Position numbers and translations under genes: made by a program. From positions 544,001 to 608,000 of the forward strand of contig CAVUMN010000003.1 of NCBI GenBank assembly GCA_963742735.1: a stretch of DNA of 64,000 nucleotides, written 5' to 3'. This DNA comes from an uncultured Actinomycetes bacterium. Lineage in GTDB: Bacteria > Actinomycetota > UBA4738 > JBBDTT01. Below the pieces are notes generated by a model. It saw only the letters and a program-made list of their open reading frames with translations, ran no database searches and was not told the DNA's origin. Positions 59,352 to 64,000 of this stretch are shown piece by piece (position 1 is the stretch's first letter; every line of letters starts with the position of its first letter).

Positions 59352-60488
59352 TCAGGGCGGCGAACGATCCTCGAGCCGGACCCCGTACGGCGTGCTGAAC
59401 ACGGGGCGTCCGCGGACGAGACGAAGCCGGAACCCGTCCTCGTGCACCGCCCGGTGATGGCGCCAGCAGACGAGCAGCAGGTTCTCGAGCGAGGTGCCGC
59501 CGCCGTCGGCCCAGTGGACGACGTGGTGGATCTCGCTCCAGGCGGGAGGGCGGTCGCACCCCGGAAACCGGCAATGACGATCTCGAGCCTCGACCGCCCG
59601 GCGCAGCGCGGCCGGGATGACCCGGGTCTTGCGCCCCACGTCGAGGGGTTCCGAGTCGGCCGACATGATCATCCGGACCAGGGACGCGTCGCACGACACC
59701 CGCCGGGCGGTCTCCGCGAGGATCGGGCCCGCGTCGGGGAGGTCGGCGGTTCCCACGCCTCGGGCGAGCGTCTTCGCGTCCACGATCACCGAGACCACCG
59801 GCCGTTCCCCGCCCACGCTGGGACGGTCCCGCCGGGACAGGAACCCCCGGCATAGCTGGCCGAGGGCGTCGGCCCGTCGCTGGGCATGGGTGCGTCGGTC
59901 GCCCCGGACGGCGTCCGCGTCCACCAGCGCGCGGATGGTCGTGATCATGATCTGGCCGTCCTCGGTGTCGAGCATCCCCTCGACGCGGACCATCCCTTCG
60001 AGGGTTCTCCCGTAGTCGAGGCGACGCGCCTCGTGGCGCCGCATCGCGGACTCTTGGGGGTCCTCGACGCGATGCCTCCACAGCTCGACCCGGTTGCGAA
60101 ACGCCTTCTGAGACAGGCCCGTGGCCGCCTCCACGAGGGCTTCCTCCACCCCGGAGAACGCCTCCGGGGAGATCTTTCGCGCGTCCACCAGGGTGCGCAG
60201 CGCCGAGGAGGGCAGGGCGCCCGAGGCCATCGCCTCCCGCGCGGCGGGCATCTCCTGCAGCGCCCGGGCCGCCTCGATGTCGCGCCGAGCTTCCCAGAAG
60301 GGGAGCCGGTGCCGATCCGCCAGCCACGCCTCACACGTGGTGGCCCCGACCGAAGCCCACGCCTTGCTCGCATCCACCTCCGCCAGGAGCCGGAGGCGGC
60401 GGGCGGACAGGGCCACCCACTCCCGGTGAACCTCGTCGAACTCGTCCACCGCGGACGGCCGAAGCTCGGAAACGCCTGACTCGAACAT
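59352..60488 (-). CDS. DUF222 (13E12-like) domain HNH endonuclease
   Basis: AQRRADAL, CDA, PLDVGRKTR, RDRHCRFPGC, HHVVHWADGG.T.LENL..VCWRHH..VH; ATG at 60488. Confidence 0.88.
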   Translation of the reverse strand: MFESGVSELRPSAVDEFDEVHREWVALSARRLRLLAEVDASKAWASVGATTCEAWLADRHRLPFWEARRDIEAARALQEMPAAREAMASGALPSSALRTLVDARKISPEAFSGVEEALVEAATGLSQKAFRNRVELWRHRVEDPQESAMRRHEARRLDYGRTLEGMVRVEGMLDTEDGQIMITTIRALVDADAVRGDRRTHAQRRADALGQLCRGFLSRRDRPSVGGERPVVSVIVDAKTLARGVGTADLPDAGPILAETARRVSCDASLVRMIMSADSEPLDVGRKTRVIPAALRRAVEARDRHCRFPGCDRPPAWSEIHHVVHWADGGGTSLENLLLVCWRHHRAVHEDGFRLRLVRGRPVFSTPYGVRLEDRSPP

Positions 60489-60496
60489 GTGTTCGA
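60481..60496. promoter_or_regulatory. LexA (SOS) box
   Basis: TCGAAC-ATGT-GTTCGA matches the actinobacterial LexA consensus TCGAAC-N4-GTTCGA; overlaps the HNH gene start and abuts a TAGCCT -10. Confidence 0.85.
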
Positions 60497-60565
60497 AGGC
60501 TAGCAGCACCCACTGACACGCCACGGCCTTGCGCGGGCACGCCCGACCCTGAAACGCTACCGGCG

Positions 60566-61447
60566 ATGGCCAAGCTCGCCGGCTGGCGGAAGATCGCCTC
60601 CGCCATGTGGGGCCCGCCCGACGACCCGCAGGTCTACGGCATGCTCGAGTTCGACGCGACGCCGATGCGCGCGTACATGGAGCGCGCCCGGAAAGCGGGG
60701 GTCAAGGTCACCCCAACGCACTTCGTGGGACGCGCCCTGGCGGTCGCGCTGCACGAGGTCCCCGACTTCAACGTCCGGGTCGTCGGCAGCAAGGTCATCC
60801 CCCGCGACACGGTCGACGTCTTCTTCATCGCCGCCGTCGAGGGCGGCCGCGAGCTCTCGGGCGTCAAGGTCGAGCGGACCGACGACAAATCGGTGCTGGA
60901 GGTGGCCAGGGAGCTCTCGGATCGCGCCGGGCGCATGAAGCAGGGCGACGACCCGGACTTCGCCAAGACGAAGAAGAACATCGCCGGGATGCCGCGGCGC
61001 CTGCTCCGGCCGAGCATGAAGCTGTCCGCCTACATCGCCGGCGACAAGAACCGCGGGATCAAGGCCCTGGGGGTCAAGGCCAGCCCGTTCGGCAGCGCGA
61101 TGGTCACCAGTATCGGCATGTTCGGCATCCCGCAGGGCTTCGCGCCGCTGGCCCGGTTCTACCGAGTGCCCCTGCTCGTCCTGGTGGGAGAGATCACCGA
61201 CAGGCCCGTGGTCGTCGACGGCCGGGTCGAGGTGCGCCCGATGCTGCCGCTGACGGCCACGATCGACCACCGCTACGCCGACGGCTGGCACATCTCGCAG
61301 CTGCTGCGGCCGTTCAAGGCGTACCTGGCCGACCCCGCTCAGTTCGAGCCCGCACCGCGAGCCGAGGCCGGCACCGCAAGGCGACGCGCGATCCGGAAGC
61401 CCGCGGCGAAACGGGGCGCGAAGCGCGCGCCGGTCCCGACCCGGTAA
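60566..61447 (+). CDS. 2-oxoacid dehydrogenase E2-like acyltransferase, catalytic domain only
   Basis: MVTSIGMFG, RPVVVDG, TIDHRYADG; no lipoyl or E3-binding domain. Confidence 0.82.
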   Translation: MAKLAGWRKIASAMWGPPDDPQVYGMLEFDATPMRAYMERARKAGVKVTPTHFVGRALAVALHEVPDFNVRVVGSKVIPRDTVDVFFIAAVEGGRELSGVKVERTDDKSVLEVARELSDRAGRMKQGDDPDFAKTKKNIAGMPRRLLRPSMKLSAYIAGDKNRGIKALGVKASPFGSAMVTSIGMFGIPQGFAPLARFYRVPLLVLVGEITDRPVVVDGRVEVRPMLPLTATIDHRYADGWHISQLLRPFKAYLADPAQFEPAPRAEAGTARRRAIRKPAAKRGAKRAPVPTR

Positions 61448-61459
61448 GCTCCCCGCCCG

Positions 61460-61738
61460 ATGGCCTCCAAGGTCCCCAACGACCTCATCGAGTTCACCAA
61501 GATCCGCGACGCGGTCGAGTCCGTGCTCCAGCGGATCGGCCGGGACACGTTCGATCTGGTACTCGTCGACCCCGATGGGAACTGGACGCGGGGCGTGTTC
61601 GCGTCGGAGGAGGCCGCGCGGGCCGCGGCCGAGTTCCTGGAGGTCCCGGTGCACGACGGCTGGGACGAGCGCATGTCCCAGCGCATGAACCGCCGGGACC
61701 ATTGGGGCGAACCGGGCGGCCAGAAGCGCGCCATCTAG
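61460..61738 (+). CDS. hypothetical protein (92 aa)
   Basis: Normal amino-acid composition and codon bias; fills the gap after the acyltransferase. Confidence 0.65.
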   Translation: MASKVPNDLIEFTKIRDAVESVLQRIGRDTFDLVLVDPDGNWTRGVFASEEAARAAAEFLEVPVHDGWDERMSQRMNRRDHWGEPGGQKRAI

Positions 61739-61785
61739 CCCGGCCGGCCCCTCCCAGCGCGCTCGTGAAGTCGTGAAACGGCGTG

Positions 61786-61847
61786 TATACTTGCCATAGC
61801 TGAACAGGTGTTTCACCTGAACGTGGGCGCGCGCCCGCGTTCTTTTT
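61786..61847 (+). promoter_or_regulatory. rimP-nusA-infB promoter and leader with terminator-like hairpin
   Basis: TATACT -10; hairpin CAGGTG-TTT-CACCTG; then GAACGTGGGCG...CGCCCGCGTTC followed by TTTTT (61819..61847). Confidence 0.65.
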
Positions 61848-61877
61848 ACGAGAGCAGAAGTTCTACAGGGGCCGGAA

Positions 61878-62333
61878 GTGGAGCTGGAGGGGGTCATCCG
61901 CTCGGTCGTCGAGGAGGACGGCCTGGAGCTGGTGGAGGCCGGATTCGTCCGCGAGGGCGGCCGGCGGATCCTCCGGGTGACCGTTGACAAGGAGGGGGGC
62001 GTGGACCTGGACGCGATCGCGGCCGCCTCCGAGCGCATCTCCCGCCGCCTCGACGCGGCCGGGGCCGTTCCGGGGCCTCGCTACACGCTCGAGGTGAGCT
62101 CGCCGGGGGTGGAGCGCGCGCTCCGCGAGCCGCGCCACTTCGCGCGTCATGTCGGCTCGAAGGTGACGGCGAAGACCGTCAAACCGGTAGAAGGCGCCCG
62201 CAGTCACGTCGGGACTCTGGCCTCGGCTGACGAATATGGCTTCACGCTCGCCACCGAGCACGGCGAGCTGCGCCTGAGGTACGCGGACGTGGCGTCCGCG
62301 CGAACGGTTTTCGAATGGGGTGCACACGGATGA
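61878..62333 (+). CDS. rimP: ribosome maturation factor RimP
   Basis: LRVTVDKEGGVDLD, YTLEVSSPGVER.L, upstream of nusA. Confidence 0.95.
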   Translation: MELEGVIRSVVEEDGLELVEAGFVREGGRRILRVTVDKEGGVDLDAIAAASERISRRLDAAGAVPGPRYTLEVSSPGVERALREPRHFARHVGSKVTAKTVKPVEGARSHVGTLASADEYGFTLATEHGELRLRYADVASARTVFEWGAHG

Positions 62334-63538
62334 ACATCGACATGATCAACGCGCTGCGGGAGCTGGAGCGAGAGAAGGCGATCTCGTTCGAGACGATCCT
62401 CAAGGGCCTCGAGGAGGCCCTCGGCGCGGCGTACAAGTCCTGGCGCCGCGGGTTCGGCGACGAGCCCGACGGCGCGCGCTGCGAGCTGCACCCCGACACG
62501 GGCGAGGTCCGGATGTTCGCCCAAGCCATGGACGAGGAGGGGGAGAACGTCGTCGAGGAGCACGAGGTCGAGCTGCCCGACGAGTTCCTGGGCCGCATCG
62601 CCGCGCAAACCGCGAAGCAGGTCATCTACCAGAAGCTCCGGGAGGCTGAGCACGAGCTCACGTACGAGGAGTTCTCCGGCCGCGAGGGCGACATCGTCAC
62701 CGGGATCATCCAGCAGGACTCCCATCGGTACACGCTGCTGGATCTGGGCAAGGTCGAGGCGCTGCTGCCCCAGGCCGAGCAGGTGCCGAGCGAGCCCTAT
62801 CGGCACGGCGAGCGGCTGAAGGCGTACATCGTCGAGGTTCGCCGGACCACGAAGGGGCCGCAGATCGTCGTGTCCCGGACCCACCCCGGGCTGCTCAAGA
62901 AGCTGTTCGAGTTCGAGGTCCCGGAGATCGCCGAGGGCATCGTCGAGATCAAGGCCGTGGCTCGCGAGCCCGGTCACCGTTCGAAGCTCGCCGTCATCTC
63001 CCACGAGCCCGGCGTGGACCCGGTGGGGGCCTGCGTCGGAGCGAAGGGCGCTCGCGTGCGCATGGTCGTGAACGAGCTTCGCGGCGAGAAGATCGACGTC
63101 GTCCCGTGGGCCGAGGATCCCCGCACCTTCGTTGCGTCCGCGCTGCAGCCCGCGAAGGTCAAGGAGGTCCGCATCGACCCCGAGACCCAGACGGCGCTGG
63201 CGATCGTGCCCGACTACCAGCTGTCGCTCGCCATCGGCAAGGAGGGGCAGAACGCCCGCCTGGCCGCCCGGCTGACGGGCTGGAGGATCGACATCAAGAG
63301 CGAGACTCAGGTTCACGAGGAGGGCGCCAGGAAGGCGGCCGAGCCGCCGCCGCCGCCGGCCGAGCCCGAGGAGGCGCCGGCCGAGCCCGAGGAGGCGCCG
63401 GCCCCGGCCGAGGACGCGCCCGCCCCGGCCGAGCCAGAGGAGGCGCCCGCCCCGGCCGAGTCGGCGGCTCCTGAGCCGGACGTGCCGGACGAGGCGGCCC
63501 CGCCCGCGGCCGACGAGGAGGCACCGGCCGACGCGTGA
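62330..63538 (+). CDS. nusA: transcription termination/antitermination factor NusA
   Basis: [60 protein letters not shown]. Confidence 0.97.
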   Translation: MNIDMINALRELEREKAISFETILKGLEEALGAAYKSWRRGFGDEPDGARCELHPDTGEVRMFAQAMDEEGENVVEEHEVELPDEFLGRIAAQTAKQVIYQKLREAEHELTYEEFSGREGDIVTGIIQQDSHRYTLLDLGKVEALLPQAEQVPSEPYRHGERLKAYIVEVRRTTKGPQIVVSRTHPGLLKKLFEFEVPEIAEGIVEIKAVAREPGHRSKLAVISHEPGVDPVGACVGAKGARVRMVVNELRGEKIDVVPWAEDPRTFVASALQPAKVKEVRIDPETQTALAIVPDYQLSLAIGKEGQNARLAARLTGWRIDIKSETQVHEEGARKAAEPPPPPAEPEEAPAEPEEAPAPAEDAPAPAEPEEAPAPAESAAPEPDVPDEAAPPAADEEAPADA

Positions 63539-63816
63539 GTTCCGAGGCGGAGCGGCGCCATACGCCGCTGCGGACGTGCGTCGCGTGCCGGCGAACCCGC
63601 CCGAAGGGCGAGCTGGTTCGGATCGCTCGCACCTCGGAGGGACCTCGTCTGGACCGGGCCGGGACCGCACCCGGGCGCGGCGCGTACGTCTGCCCCGAGC
63701 GAGACTGTGTCGGGGACGCCCTCCGGGCGGGAGGCGTACGCAGGGCCCTCGGGGCGCCGCTGGGCGACGACGAGGCCGCTAGGCTAAAGACCATGGTTGT
63801 GGAGGGACGAACGTGA
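63535..63816 (+). CDS. ylxR: YlxR/RnpM family RNA-binding protein (DUF448)
   Basis: PLRTCVACR...ELVRI...PGRGAYVC. Confidence 0.92.
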   Translation: MSSEAERRHTPLRTCVACRRTRPKGELVRIARTSEGPRLDRAGTAPGRGAYVCPERDCVGDALRAGGVRRALGAPLGDDEAARLKTMVVEGRT

Positions 63817-64000
63817 GGATCCACGAGCTCGCCAAAGAGCTGGCGGTCAAGAGCAAGGACCTGACCGAGGCGCTCGCCGAGATGGGATACCAGGGGCTCA
63901 CCGCGAGCTCCTCGGTCCCCGACGAGGCCGTCCCTCGCCTGCGCGCCTCCGGCGGAAAGGCCTCGGGCAAGCCGGTCGAGGCGACCGTGGAACCCGTGTC
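63813..64000 (+). CDS. infB: translation initiation factor IF-2, N-terminus (runs off window end)
   Basis: GTG 63813: MRIHELAKELAVKSKDL...ASSSV, the IF2 N-domain pattern; follows nusA-ylxR. Confidence 0.88.
   Translation, partial: MRIHELAKELAVKSKDLTEALAEMGYQGLTASSSVPDEAVPRLRASGGKASGKPVEATVEPV

Noticed and set aside
59352-60524. DUF222-HNH gene as an IS element
   Set aside because: No terminal inverted repeats, target duplication or DDE motif visible; mobility cannot be shown from one copy.

Overview
High-GC bacterial chromosome segment. Gene order and content point to a deep-branching actinomycete-like organism: ddl-thiL-thiD-rpmB-DAK2-recG-rsmD-coaD-sepIVA-like-yceD-rpmF-rnc-mutM-acyP-smc-ftsY-ffh-rpsP-khpA-rimM-trmD-rplS-lepB-rnhB-DUF2469-yraN-comM-dprA-xerC-whiG/fliA-M23-rpsB-tsf-pyrH-frr-cdsA-dxr-rseP-ispG-proS-rimP-nusA-ylxR-infB. 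I saw no rRNA, tRNA, CRISPR array or intact mobile element. The backbone is ordinary housekeeping DNA, but several insertions are not. (1) Two paralogous 55-58 aa zinc-ribbon micro-proteins (WFTGCxxCG-x9-CxxC) lie between recG and a methyltransferase; the ORF track misses one and mis-starts the other. Each sits behind a sigma-28-like promoter (TCAAG-N14/15-RCCGA). The same promoter recurs before a secreted HExxH protein, and the window encodes a WhiG/FliA sigma factor. (2) A TIR-TM-extracellular-domain protein is coupled to ddl. (3) Several genes appear to need CTG or other non-canonical starts. (4) The Fpg lacks the catalytic N-terminal Pro. (5) An Lrp/AsnC mini-gene is duplicated with both promoters retained. 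(6) A DUF222-HNH gene carries a LexA box over its start. All calls come from reading motifs by eye; no database searches were run.
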